From Nitrososphaeria archaeon (lineage in GTDB: Archaea; Thermoproteota; Nitrososphaeria; Conexivisphaerales; DTJL01), in NCBI GenBank assembly GCA_029775965.1, contig JARVJU010000002.1, forward strand, positions 2,578 to 66,577: DNA of 64,000 nt, read 5' to 3'. The first letter of the stretch is position 1. The number at the start of each line of letters is the position of its first letter. The translations under genes were made by a program, and so were the position numbers. Below, piece after piece: positions 44,122 through 54,392 of the stretch. Below the pieces are notes generated by a model. The model was not told the DNA's origin and ran no database searches. It saw only the letters and a program-made list of their open reading frames with translations.

Positions 44122-44946
44122 CTAACGGCTAAGATTATTCTTAAGCAGAGTAGATAACCAGTCTACTCTTCGTCTTAGTTCGTTTGCTTCAACACCAACT
44201 CTTAATGCATCCGCAAGAACCCTATCAGCTAATATGTTCTTCCTTAGAAGAGCAGATATTGCCCAGAACGAATAAAATAAAGCATCAAACACTTTCCCAT
44301 CGTTTACCATTCCTTCCATCTTCCTAGTCAAAATCACAAGGTTATCTTCTTTGATTATCTGGGATAGCTTCAGGATTCTCCTCCTCACGTTAGATGCTGT
44401 AGCAAGATCAAAATCTAAAAGACCTGTTACTTCCCTGTAGAAGTCTGTCTTTCTTAACTGGTCAGCTAGGTGCGAAGGGTGACTTACCTCACCTCTTGCA
44501 AATACAATGGATTCTGAGAACTTCAGGATAGATGCAATGAAGTAGAGTGTAGTTACTTCATATTCCTGTGCTTTGAGGGCGGTTAGAGCTAATGTATGAA
44601 ATTCTATCGCCTCATCCATCAGTAAGAGAGACTTTGCTCTTCTGGCCTTATTGATCCTATGACCAGTTAATCCGGAAAGGAGTCCGGCAACTATCATCAT
44701 CTCATCCTCAACTAGCTTGATGTCATTAAGCAGTAGTGTAGTCTTCTCTTCCGAAGGTATGATTCTGTAGAACTGACCATTTTTGTTGAACAGCCTTACA
44801 TTTCCCTTTGCTGGAAATGCCATTATATCCACTTCGCAGTACCGCCTGTTTATACCTGTAGATGTGCAACCTACTATCAGCAATGCGGAGTGTGGAAAGG
44901 CTGCAAGAGCTTCTTCTTTTATATCAATGGGCAAGTTTACTTGCAT
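44122..44946 (-). CDS. Hypothetical protein; possible degenerate nucleotidyltransferase N-domain plus helical C-domain
   Basis: 274 aa. IVGCTSTGINRRYCEVDIMAF loosely resembles the G[GS]x9-13DxD minimal NTase motif. The helical C-terminal half contains RGEVSH (an Rx4H pattern). Weak evidence. Confidence 0.3.
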   Translation of the reverse strand: MQVNLPIDIKEEALAAFPHSALLIVGCTSTGINRRYCEVDIMAFPAKGNVRLFNKNGQFYRIIPSEEKTTLLLNDIKLVEDEMMIVAGLLSGLTGHRINKARRAKSLLLMDEAIEFHTLALTALKAQEYEVTTLYFIASILKFSESIVFARGEVSHPSHLADQLRKTDFYREVTGLLDFDLATASNVRRRILKLSQIIKEDNLVILTRKMEGMVNDGKVFDALFYSFWAISALLRKNILADRVLADALRVGVEANELRRRVDWLSTLLKNNLSR

Positions 44947-45191
44947 GGCTGCAAGAAGTGTCCACCGATAAATAAACTAGTACGAATTGTGGCTATATAA
45001 GACATTTTACGCGTTAATTGGAAGACCCTTCTCGTTTTCAGTAAAAAGTGTAAAATCTTTCTATTCTACTTCTCACCATCCAAATTTTGCTGTCTACTAT
45101 CTCAAGAGCCTAGCAAAGATTTTGAATCAATATATGATTGTTTATGACTGCCTTGTAAAGATTTATATCTAATTAGCATATTGATTAACCT

Positions 45192-46109
45192 GTGAGGATT
45201 TTAAGTACTATACCGAGTGCAACCGAGATAGTTTGCGCTCTTGGTTTAGAGAAAGAGCTAGTTGGAGTATCGGACGAATGTGATTATCCATCAAGTGTAT
45301 CTTCCAAACCTGTTGTTGTAAGATCCAGATTCGATACATCCGCTATGAGTTCCTCACAGATTGATAGCCTCGTATCTGAATACTATCGCTCAGGCATCTC
45401 TCTTTACACTGTTGATAGAGATATTCTTGGCAGGCTAAAGCCTGACCTTGTTGTAACTCAGGATGTTTGCGACGTTTGTGCCACCTCTTCTGCGGTAGTT
45501 CTAGAAGCACTTGAGAAGTCTAATCTGCAGCCGAAAGTAATAACTCTTAACCCGCATACACTTGAAGATGTATTTCAGGACATAATAAAAGTGGGAAAGG
45601 CAGCAAATAGGCTGCGTAGTGCAGAACAGTTTGTAAATTCTCTTAAAAGAAGGGTTGAAAGAATCAAGAGCCTACCAAGGCATGATGCAAGAGTGGTTTG
45701 CCTAGAGTGGATTGATCCACCATATTGTAGTGGCCACTGGCTGCCTCAGCTTGTGGAGTATGCCGGTGGAAAGGAAGTCCTTGGTTTGACTGGTAAACCA
45801 TCCCGCAGAATAACTTGGCAAGAGATAGCAAATGCAGATCCTGAATACTTGCTGCTAACTGTATGTGGTTACGATGTGCAAAGAACACTAAAAGAGCTAT
45901 ACATTGCAAGCAATATCGGAGAATGGAGAGAAATACAAGCTGTAAGAGAGTCCAATGTCTATGTCATGAATGGGTCATGGTATTACAGCAGACCAGGCCC
46001 GAGGCTTGTTGAAGGTCTAGAAGCGCTTGCCGCAATCTTTAATCATGAGTCTGATAAGCTGAGTGCAGATGTAGGTATAAAACTCACGAAAGAATTGCTT
46101 ACAAGATAA
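45192..46109 (+). CDS. Periplasmic-binding-protein type 2 (BtuF/FhuD-like) domain protein without signal peptide
   Basis: MRILSTIPSATEIVCALGLEKELVGVSDECDYP is the typical N-terminus of cobalamin/siderophore-binding-protein-like folds. There is no hydrophobic leader and no adjacent permease or ATPase. Confidence 0.6.
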   Translation: MRILSTIPSATEIVCALGLEKELVGVSDECDYPSSVSSKPVVVRSRFDTSAMSSSQIDSLVSEYYRSGISLYTVDRDILGRLKPDLVVTQDVCDVCATSSAVVLEALEKSNLQPKVITLNPHTLEDVFQDIIKVGKAANRLRSAEQFVNSLKRRVERIKSLPRHDARVVCLEWIDPPYCSGHWLPQLVEYAGGKEVLGLTGKPSRRITWQEIANADPEYLLLTVCGYDVQRTLKELYIASNIGEWREIQAVRESNVYVMNGSWYYSRPGPRLVEGLEALAAIFNHESDKLSADVGIKLTKELLTR

Positions 46110-46378
46110 ACAGATTTAGCTTAAGAGCCTTGTCTTCTCTATTCATGCCTTATACTTCCTTCCATCTGCAAAATTGAGTAAAGGCTACCTTTCTATCAGC
46201 GATCTCATTTCTAAGATTGCTTCTATCTACGTATAATGTACAGCTTTACCTTTGTTTCTTGCTCGTCTATAAATGGATCAAATGTGTCAGATCCATTATT
46301 CTCACAAATCAAAAATGACTTGTAAAAAAGTATAATGCTGCAAAAATATTATTACTCTCGTGTTGGCAGCAGTAACGC

Positions 46379-46858
46379 ATGGAGCTTAAGGTTATAGATA
46401 TAAAAACAGAGGGCTTTAATGTTATCCTTGGTCAAACGCACTTTATCAAGACAGTAGAGGACTTATATGAATCTCTTGTGACTTCATCCCCATCGATAAA
46501 GTTCGGCATAGCCTTCTGTGAATCAAGTGGCGATGCTCTGATAAGAACAGATGGAAATGACAAAGGGTGCATAGATAAAGCAACTGAAATAGCCAAGCTT
46601 GTAGCTGCGGGGCATTGCTTTGCTATCGCATTAAAGGACTCTTACCCTATAAACATACTCGACAGAGTAAAGCATGTTCAGGAGGTTGTAAATATTTACT
46701 GCGCCACTGCAAATCCTCTACAGGTTGTTGTTGCTGAAACAGAACAGGGAAGGGGAATAATGGGGATAGTAGATGGTATCTCTCCTAAAGGGATAGAGTC
46801 AGAATCTGATAAGCAAAAGAGAAAGAAGTTTCTAAGAGATATAGGCTATAAGAGATGA
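46379..46858 (+). CDS. Adenosine-specific-kinase-family protein (small archaeal/bacterial family)
   Basis: 159 aa with ILGQTHFIKTVEDLYE, IKFGIAFCESSG, CATANP, GRGIMGIVDG and a C-terminal LRDIGYK, as I recall for this family. Confidence 0.55.
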   Translation: MELKVIDIKTEGFNVILGQTHFIKTVEDLYESLVTSSPSIKFGIAFCESSGDALIRTDGNDKGCIDKATEIAKLVAAGHCFAIALKDSYPINILDRVKHVQEVVNIYCATANPLQVVVAETEQGRGIMGIVDGISPKGIESESDKQKRKKFLRDIGYKR

Positions 46859-46862
46859 TTGT

Positions 46863-47828
46863 ATGGCTTGTAAAGTTGGTGTTGTAAAGGATGAGCATCT
46901 GCTTGCATACAGCTTTCCCTCTCCTCATCCCTTGACAGGCAGGAGAATTCAAGCCTTCTATTCAGCCTTGGATGGGTATCCATATAGAAATGAATTGATT
47001 GAAGTGAAGGGAAGGAGGGCAGATGATGAGGAATTGCTATCCTTTCATACAAGAAGCTATCTCGAGCTCGTAAAGACGAAATCCTTAACTGGAGAAGGGT
47101 ATCTTGATTATGGAGATACGCCGGCCTTCAAGGGTGTCTACGAAGCAGCGAGCTATTCTGTAGGTTCTACCTTGATGCTTGCAGACATGATAATGGAGGG
47201 AACAATAGAGCATGGATTCAACCCCCTGGGAGGACTTCATCACGCAAAGGCAAGTTCAGCCTCGGGCTTCTGTGTCTTTAACGATGCCGCAATACTCATT
47301 AAATATTTGCATAGCAAATTTCATCTTAACAGAATACTCTACGTGGATATAGATGCACACCATGGTGATGGTGTCTTCTATGCCTTTGAAGATGTTCCAT
47401 GGCTGAGCATTATAGATATACATGAGGATGGAAGGTATCTATACCCAGGAACAGGATTTCCCGACGAAGAAGGCAAGGGGGAGGGGCTTGGTAAGAAGCT
47501 TAACGTGACTCTTCCTCCAGGGTCAGGAGACTCTGAATTTGAGATTGCTTTTATGAAGACGATGGATTTTGCGGAGCAGTCAGATCCAGAATTTGTCGTA
47601 ATGCAGGCGGGAGCGGATGGCTTGCATGGTGATCCATTGACTCATCTAAACTATACAGCAAGGACGCATAGGGTTGCGGCTTCAAGGTTGCATAGACTGG
47701 CACATGACTATGCACATGGTAGAATGGTAGCTCTTGGGGGCGGTGGCTATAATATTGACAATGTTGCAGAGGCCTGGCTCGAAGTCGTAACAGCGATGCT
47801 TGGCAATAAGTTAAGCCATGGTGAATGA
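46863..47828 (+). CDS. Histone deacetylase-family amidohydrolase (AcuC/HDAC class I-like)
   Basis: GGLHHA, the zinc-site DIDAHHGDGV, and GGGGYN near the C-terminus. Confidence 0.85.
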   Translation: MACKVGVVKDEHLLAYSFPSPHPLTGRRIQAFYSALDGYPYRNELIEVKGRRADDEELLSFHTRSYLELVKTKSLTGEGYLDYGDTPAFKGVYEAASYSVGSTLMLADMIMEGTIEHGFNPLGGLHHAKASSASGFCVFNDAAILIKYLHSKFHLNRILYVDIDAHHGDGVFYAFEDVPWLSIIDIHEDGRYLYPGTGFPDEEGKGEGLGKKLNVTLPPGSGDSEFEIAFMKTMDFAEQSDPEFVVMQAGADGLHGDPLTHLNYTARTHRVAASRLHRLAHDYAHGRMVALGGGGYNIDNVAEAWLEVVTAMLGNKLSHGE

Positions 47829-48187
47829 ACTCGGTGAATTCCGGTAGTAAATGCAAAATAGTTGATTAAACAAGTTGTCATAGAAAGAATATACTAGGCA
47901 GAAAAGCCATAATTACCAAGCTATGGGAATTTTCGTTGTGATTCCTCTGAGCTCCTAGATCACAACTGGTTTAGGTATAGTCATTACTTTAAATATTTAA
48001 AACAAGAACAGTTATAGGGATATGGTCAATCGCTTCATCATACAGGAATTTTGGAGTAAGGAAATATTTCAAGGTGAATTCGCAATCAGAAGCTATTGTC
48101 AGTATATGAAGTCATAACCTCTATATGACACCGAAAAATGACTGTTCCGTCTTCCTTATAAATTGATTATGCTTACAATAAGCGGAC

Positions 48188-49381
48188 ATGAGGGAATATA
48201 ATCTTGAAGAAATAGCAAAAGCTGAGCTGGAGGTTTTGAAGTCAGAGAACAGAATGTGGAAAGAGCATGTTTTGCATGGGGCTGTTAACAACTGGACTAT
48301 TGTTGATGGTAAAAAAGAGTTAATGCTCTGCACCAATGATTACTTGGGCCTTGCAAACAATCCTGAAATAAAAACTGAGGCTCTGAACGCGCTGAAGGAA
48401 TATGGTGCAGGTTCTGGGGCTGTGAGAGTAATTGCTGGAACGATGAAGCTTCATATAGAGCTGGAAAGAGAGCTTGCAAAATATAAAAATGCTGAAGCTG
48501 CTGTCACATTTCAAAGTGGTTTTGCGACAAACTTTGGTGTAATCCCTACTATGGTAGGAGAGAATGATCTGCTTGTGAGTGATGAACTCAACCATGGTAG
48601 CATAATAGATGGTATGCGTATGAGTAAGGCGGAAAGAAAAGTATACAGACATAATGATATAGAATCGTTAAAAGCTATACTGGAGGATAGTGGAAAGTAC
48701 AGACGTGTGTTGATAGTTACAGATGCCGTATTCAGCATGGAAGGTGATATCGCTCCTTTGCCAGAGATAGTCAGACTTGCAAAGAAATTTGATGCCATGA
48801 CCTACGTTGATGATGCGCATGGCGAAGGAGTATTGGGGAAACTCGGCAGAGGTGCAGTAAATCACTTTGGTCTTGAAGGACAGGTTGATGTGGAAATGGG
48901 AACTTTTTCTAAAGCCTTCGGAAGTGTTGGAGGCTACGTTGTTGGAGGTGAGAAATTCTGTGAAATGCTGAAAAACAAGGTAAGGCCTTATCTGCTGTCA
49001 GGATCTCATCCCCCTGCTGTTGTAGGAGCAAATATAGCAGCAATAAGGTATGTTCAGAAACATCCAGAGCTCTTCGAAAGACTATGGAGCAGTACGAAGT
49101 ACTTTAAGGAGAAGATTAAGGGTGCAGGTTTAGATATAGGGAAAAGTGAGACACCAATAACACCTATAATGGTTGGGGATAGCGCAAAGGCACAGAGACT
49201 TGCAGATGAACTGTTCGAGGAAGGTATATTTGTGATTCCTATAGTCTATCCTATGGTGCCAAAAGATAAAGCAAGGATAAGGACTATAATTAATGCAAGG
49301 CATACCAAAGAAGACCTCGATTTTGCAGTCAGGAAGATAGTTGAGATAGCAAGTAAGCTTGGTATAGTGCCAAAGAGGTAG
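48188..49381 (+). CDS. kbl: 2-amino-3-ketobutyrate CoA ligase / alpha-oxoamine synthase family (PLP-dependent)
   Basis: 397 aa with DDAHGEG and the PLP-lysine context GTFSKAFGSVGG. The kbl versus bioF assignment is by overall resemblance and the presence of tdh in the window. Confidence 0.75.
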   Translation: MREYNLEEIAKAELEVLKSENRMWKEHVLHGAVNNWTIVDGKKELMLCTNDYLGLANNPEIKTEALNALKEYGAGSGAVRVIAGTMKLHIELERELAKYKNAEAAVTFQSGFATNFGVIPTMVGENDLLVSDELNHGSIIDGMRMSKAERKVYRHNDIESLKAILEDSGKYRRVLIVTDAVFSMEGDIAPLPEIVRLAKKFDAMTYVDDAHGEGVLGKLGRGAVNHFGLEGQVDVEMGTFSKAFGSVGGYVVGGEKFCEMLKNKVRPYLLSGSHPPAVVGANIAAIRYVQKHPELFERLWSSTKYFKEKIKGAGLDIGKSETPITPIMVGDSAKAQRLADELFEEGIFVIPIVYPMVPKDKARIRTIINARHTKEDLDFAVRKIVEIASKLGIVPKR

Positions 49382-49384
49382 AGC

Positions 49385-50242
49385 TTGAGTTACCCAAGCC
49401 AAGTAAGGAAGATACTTGAAGATATAAAAAATGACAGAATTAGCGGTTCGACGTCTCTTGCGCTAAAGGGGCTCGAAGCCCTAAAGGTATTTGCAAAGCA
49501 GTATACTGATGATAGAAATACAGCATTATTATTAGCAAAAGAACTTGTATCTTTAAGGCCAACATTTGTGGCTATAACGAACGTCATCAGCGAAGCAGTT
49601 TCCTCGTATCTGTCAGGTTCTTCTTCTCTTTTAGATGAGGCAGAGAGGCTGCAGAATAAAGTTATAGATGCTAAAAGTAAAATAGCATATGAATTCTCAA
49701 AAGTTTTGGGAAGGAGAGAAAAAGTATCAGTTCTGACAATCAGCAACAGTAGTTCTGTCAGCAAAGCGATAAAGGATAATTCAGACAGGATATCATCCGT
49801 TTTTGTATGTGAAAGCAGACCTGGGGGAGAAGGGGAGATGCTGGTTGAAGAGTTAAATTCTTCACATATAAGATCTTATCTTATTCCTGATCTTGCTGCT
49901 GAAAGCATGATAAAGCAGGTTGATTTCATAGTTATAGGCTCGGATGTGATTTACGAAGATGGAAGCATAGTAAATAAACTGGGCTCCAGCACTCTAACAA
50001 AGCTGGCATCCTTGGATGGGAAGAGGGTGTACGTCTTAGCTGAATCATTCAAGGTATGCCCGAAGGGGCATAGTATAACACTTGAGTTCTATGACAAAGA
50101 CAAAGCTATACCTATGTTCGATATTACACCTCTTACCTATTCTCAAGTGATACTTAGTGATAAAGGTATTTTGGGGAAGAAGGATATAGCATCATTAGCT
50201 AAAAGATATGCTAGCTATCTAGCTAATATTATGAATCGCTGA
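49385..50242 (+). CDS. eIF-2B alpha/beta/delta-family protein (sugar-phosphate isomerase-like)
   Basis: VDFIVIGSDVIYEDGSIVNKLGSSTLTKLASLDGKRVYVLAESFKV is the hallmark C-terminal region of the family. Confidence 0.7.
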   Translation: MSYPSQVRKILEDIKNDRISGSTSLALKGLEALKVFAKQYTDDRNTALLLAKELVSLRPTFVAITNVISEAVSSYLSGSSSLLDEAERLQNKVIDAKSKIAYEFSKVLGRREKVSVLTISNSSSVSKAIKDNSDRISSVFVCESRPGGEGEMLVEELNSSHIRSYLIPDLAAESMIKQVDFIVIGSDVIYEDGSIVNKLGSSTLTKLASLDGKRVYVLAESFKVCPKGHSITLEFYDKDKAIPMFDITPLTYSQVILSDKGILGKKDIASLAKRYASYLANIMNR

Positions 50243-53200
50243 CAGTATTTCTCATACCTTCTTTTCTCGGGTCGCCCGGCCACCAGTTCAACCTTTTTGC
50301 AAGTATCATTATGGAAGGTACAAAGGCAAGCCATACTATGAACGTATCTGACAATATGCCTATAGCTAGAGTTATGCCAATTTGCTGCAGCAGTCTGATA
50401 GAGCTGAGGCCTAATGCTAGGAAGACAGATGATAAAATAAATCCAAGGGCAGCTATAACGCCTGCTGTACTCTCAGATGTTCTAATTAGAGACTCTTCAT
50501 CAGTCAATCCTTTAGAGGCTTCTTCTCTTACTCTTACTATAAGAAAGATATCATAATCCATCCCTAAGCCCAGCATCGTCGTTACAAGAAATAAAGGTGC
50601 GAAGACGAATACAGATGAACCACCTATCTTGTAAAAGATAAGCCATACAAAGAAGACAGTCCAAGCAACACTAGCTAATATTGTTGATATAAGCCTTAAG
50701 GGTGTAAAAACAGACCTGAGCTGGAAGAAAAGTACCACGAATATGGCAGCTACCAGTGTCAGAACTATCTTCGGTAAAACCTCAAAGACATAGTTAAGAA
50801 CAGCCTTTGAATCTAGAGAGCCGCCACCAACGTAAGCCTTGTAACCGTATGGTATGAATGAACCTATTGTGTTACTTAGGTTCTGAGCCTCATTGAGAAC
50901 CCTGTTGCTGTATGGATCGCCAGAAAACTGCACCTTATAGTAGACTGAAGAATTATCTCTTGATATATACCCAGCCATAGATGCAGCATAAATACTTCTT
51001 TCATGACTTGGAAGTGAATTTATGGTATCAGCTGGAATAGAGGTCGAATTGTACGGTGAGGTGGGGCCATACACTGCAGCAACACCTTCATATTCTCTTA
51101 TTGACTGAGCTATATTGCTAAGTGCCATAAGCTCAGTTTCATTGAATGTGTTATTTGCAAAGGATATTTTTGCTGGCAATGACACAACAACATAAGTTGG
51201 AGTAAGAATGTTCCCTCCAAAGTTGTTTGTTATCTGGTCCAGCCCTTCCTTTGCTGTACTTTCAGGTGTAAGACCCAGTATGTTTATGTTTACAGGCAAG
51301 GTTAGAGCGATCGCTGAACTGATAGCTGTAAAGATCAAAAGCAACGAAAGAATAGTCTTTGGCCTAGCTATAGCTTTCTTCGTTATCCGAGCTAATCGAG
51401 ATTTATTATAGCTGAAATTCTTTTTTGGCCAGAATATTTTTTCGCCAAAGAGATGCATCAAGGAGGGTAAAAGAGTGAGAGAAGATGCTAATACAGACGA
51501 GACCATTATTATGTTCGCAGAACCAACGTCGCTGAAAAGGGGTATTCCTGCCAGAGATAGAACGATGTATGAGAGAACTACAGTTATGCCACTTGTGAAG
51601 ACAGCCTCTCCCGCCCATCTGGTGGAAAGCTTTACTCCAACAGTCTTTCCTCTTTTCATCTCCTGTCTGAACCTGTTCAGAAGCAGAACACTATAATCTG
51701 TTATAAGACCTAGTGCAAGTATCAGAATCACTAGAGGGCTGATAAAGCTAAGACTTTGACCCTGGAGTCTTCCTATGACAATATCGATTAAACCGAATCC
51801 AACAACTGCGCTTATACCAAAGAGAAGCATGGGAAGAAAGGCAGCAACAGGCGACATAAAGAACAGACCTGTTATGAGAACTGCAGCAGCTATCCCCGCT
51901 GGTAGAGCAACCCTCTCGCTTGATGTAACTATGGATTGAAGCTGAGACTCTATTATTGGACCAGATGTATAGTATGTTTTGAACTCAGGCGAATTAAATG
52001 ACTCCACGACATACTCCATCTTGCTTGTAGCTTCATCTGTTGGCTTGGACGCAAAGGTTAGAGTGATTATTGTGGCATTGTTGTATTTGTCTACGTACTG
52101 GCTTACTATACCGCTAATAGGCATGACTGGCATATCTTTCATAGGCAAGCTGCTGAGAAGATGGTAAGCTGTAACGTTACTTTGCATTACCTGATGTAGC
52201 AAGCTAGCCAATGCGCTTTCGTTCACCACAAAAAGTGGGTTTTGAGATAAGGAGCTCTTTATAGCCTTGTAAGAGATCTCAAAAGTATAGCTACTGAGCA
52301 GAGTAGAGTTCTGTGGATAGCCTATATCGTAAGCCTTAGATATAAAGTCGATAAGTGATTCGTTTAGATCTTTACTTATATTATTTACCACGGAGAGGTT
52401 GTTATTTACAAGCTGAGTATACGCTAGGGAAATTGTCAGATTCCTTAGAGCTAATTGATCTGCAGGATAACCGATCGATGCGATAGAATTGACAAATTGT
52501 GTCGCGTCAAGTCCAAAGTTTTTCTGTAACTGAGCCTGCTCAGCCTCGGGCATGTGATCCGCTATGAAGCTTATTGCAAGTTGCAATTCTGAGCTTGTGC
52601 TTGCATTTTGGCCAAGGTTATAGACAGAGGTTAGCAATTGTATGTAGCTATCATCTACACCCTGACCCGTCATGTTTGCGAAAAGAGATACGATATACTT
52701 CTTAGTTAAGGTTGAATTTAAAGGGTAGCCAAGTCTTTGAACCTGTATCATAAAAGAGTATGGATCTTGCCCGAGATTCTTTATTGCATTAGTAAGGTTG
52801 TCAGGCATTGCATTAGCAGCTATAGATGCTGTTTCCTGCTCTAGCATTGAGGAATTTGGAGGGTAGCCCAGTTGGAATGCATAAAGAACCAGTCTGTAAG
52901 GAGACATATTAAGCTCGCTCTCTATTGTAAGCTGAGGAAGCTTTGAAGCTACAAGGTTAAGCACAAAGGCATCTAGGCTTGAAGATTGGTTTGCGCTGAA
53001 CGCTGAGGTAACGAATTCTGATTCAGTTGGAGTCATGTTTGCCGTTATTGTCTGCAGAGCAAAGTTATCAAGCACAGTAGAATTTGGTTCTGCCCCTAGG
53101 TTAAAGACATTAAAGACAAACTGTTTTTGCTGAACCGACTGATTTGCTGTAACAATGCCTAGCGCTGTGCCATCTATAAGAGATTCATTGTTGAAGTCAG

Positions 53201-54287
53201 TTAGATTAAGGTTGTTTAATACAGCGATAAAAATTGATGCTTCCTGCTGACTAAGATTACTTATGAACTGCGGAGCACTAGAGTTTATTGCATCTTCTGC
53301 AAGGTAAATCGATTGGGAATTGACAAAGGAAGGGCTCTGGTTAAAGGTAAGCTGATACCATTTTGCATAAAATAGTCGATAATATAGATAGGACTGAGGC
53401 TGCTGAGCTATTACTGATGAATAGCTCAGATTTGCCATTGTATCCAAGCTGGATGAATTAAGATTAGAGTAATTAGGGTTAGAGTATATCTGCTTCCAAG
53501 TTGATATGTATCCATAAGGAACCCCATAGATCAGCTGTGCTGTACCATTAAGCGCATAGATAAGGGAATAGACTTGGTAACTCGTTTCATTGGCAACTGA
53601 CGCAAGGCTATAAACAGAATTTACAGCTTGTTCAGCTTGATTAAGAAGACTGTAGGTCTCAGAATTTAGAGATGTAAGGTTCTCTGCTATATAGTGTGCG
53701 AACAAAGAGGTTGAGTTCACAAATTCCTTGACTTTATACATATCAGAATTTAGGGAAGAGATATTCTGAGCTAAAGTGTTTACAGCTTTATCAGTATAGG
53801 TAATGTTATCCTTAAGCTTCTGCAAGGCAAAGGCTGTATCATTCAGATAATTTTTTGTCGTATTAGTCAGCTGACTGCTGCCGTTGATGATAGAATTTAG
53901 AACTCTGAGCTCAAGGGAATATATGGATGTCTGGTTTTTAAGACCTAGCGATGCCAGAGCTTGAAATAGGCTTGAGTTCAGCAAGTATACACGCTGGTAA
54001 AATTGCGGTGAAAGCACATCAGCCCCTTCAAGTATTACATAAACTGTAGAATTTGAGCCTGAATTGCCTGTGAAGTTCTCGGATATCATGTTCTGGGCTT
54101 GGATGGATTCCTTATCCGATGCAGGTATACTGACGGAATACGATATGATCCCTTGTGATACAGCTGCAAAAGGTGCTGTGAGGGCCAGCAGGATAACCCA
54201 TACTACTAGAATAATCTTCCACCTTCGAGCCAGAAAGGCAGAGTATGACTCAAAGTGCTGGCTCAGGGACATCCGAATCTCCAACAT
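50229..54287 (-). CDS. MMPL/RND-superfamily membrane protein with giant glycosylation-rich first ectodomain
   Basis: 1352 aa. One N-terminal TM helix is followed by a ~750-aa extracytoplasmic region, a 5-6 TM bundle (LGLITDYSVLLLNRFRQE), a second loop of about 220 aa and a second bundle (GLGMDYDIFLIVRVREE). These are MMPL-type motifs. Confidence 0.75.
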   Translation of the reverse strand: MLEIRMSLSQHFESYSAFLARRWKIILVVWVILLALTAPFAAVSQGIISYSVSIPASDKESIQAQNMISENFTGNSGSNSTVYVILEGADVLSPQFYQRVYLLNSSLFQALASLGLKNQTSIYSLELRVLNSIINGSSQLTNTTKNYLNDTAFALQKLKDNITYTDKAVNTLAQNISSLNSDMYKVKEFVNSTSLFAHYIAENLTSLNSETYSLLNQAEQAVNSVYSLASVANETSYQVYSLIYALNGTAQLIYGVPYGYISTWKQIYSNPNYSNLNSSSLDTMANLSYSSVIAQQPQSYLYYRLFYAKWYQLTFNQSPSFVNSQSIYLAEDAINSSAPQFISNLSQQEASIFIAVLNNLNLTDFNNESLIDGTALGIVTANQSVQQKQFVFNVFNLGAEPNSTVLDNFALQTITANMTPTESEFVTSAFSANQSSSLDAFVLNLVASKLPQLTIESELNMSPYRLVLYAFQLGYPPNSSMLEQETASIAANAMPDNLTNAIKNLGQDPYSFMIQVQRLGYPLNSTLTKKYIVSLFANMTGQGVDDSYIQLLTSVYNLGQNASTSSELQLAISFIADHMPEAEQAQLQKNFGLDATQFVNSIASIGYPADQLALRNLTISLAYTQLVNNNLSVVNNISKDLNESLIDFISKAYDIGYPQNSTLLSSYTFEISYKAIKSSLSQNPLFVVNESALASLLHQVMQSNVTAYHLLSSLPMKDMPVMPISGIVSQYVDKYNNATIITLTFASKPTDEATSKMEYVVESFNSPEFKTYYTSGPIIESQLQSIVTSSERVALPAGIAAAVLITGLFFMSPVAAFLPMLLFGISAVVGFGLIDIVIGRLQGQSLSFISPLVILILALGLITDYSVLLLNRFRQEMKRGKTVGVKLSTRWAGEAVFTSGITVVLSYIVLSLAGIPLFSDVGSANIIMVSSVLASSLTLLPSLMHLFGEKIFWPKKNFSYNKSRLARITKKAIARPKTILSLLLIFTAISSAIALTLPVNINILGLTPESTAKEGLDQITNNFGGNILTPTYVVVSLPAKISFANNTFNETELMALSNIAQSIREYEGVAAVYGPTSPYNSTSIPADTINSLPSHERSIYAASMAGYISRDNSSVYYKVQFSGDPYSNRVLNEAQNLSNTIGSFIPYGYKAYVGGGSLDSKAVLNYVFEVLPKIVLTLVAAIFVVLFFQLRSVFTPLRLISTILASVAWTVFFVWLIFYKIGGSSVFVFAPLFLVTTMLGLGMDYDIFLIVRVREEASKGLTDEESLIRTSESTAGVIAALGFILSSVFLALGLSSIRLLQQIGITLAIGILSDTFIVWLAFVPSIMILAKRLNWWPGDPRKEGMRNTVSDS
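52248..53135 (-). repeat. Protein-level tandem repeats (~40-50 aa units) inside the MMPL ectodomain
   Basis: Anchors NLGAEPNST, QLGYPPNSS, RLGYPLNST, NLGQNASTS, SIGYPADQL and DIGYPQNST lie at about aa 397, 473, 519, 558, 605 and 655, each followed by a helical segment (hand alignment). Confidence 0.6.
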
Positions 54288-54392
54288 GTAAAACGAGAGT
54301 ATATGTTAAAAGATTTCGCAATAAACAGTCAGTTTTTCACTGCGGCGTAGAAAGCACTTAAAATATGGTGCCCTTTAGCGGTGGTGTGTAGT

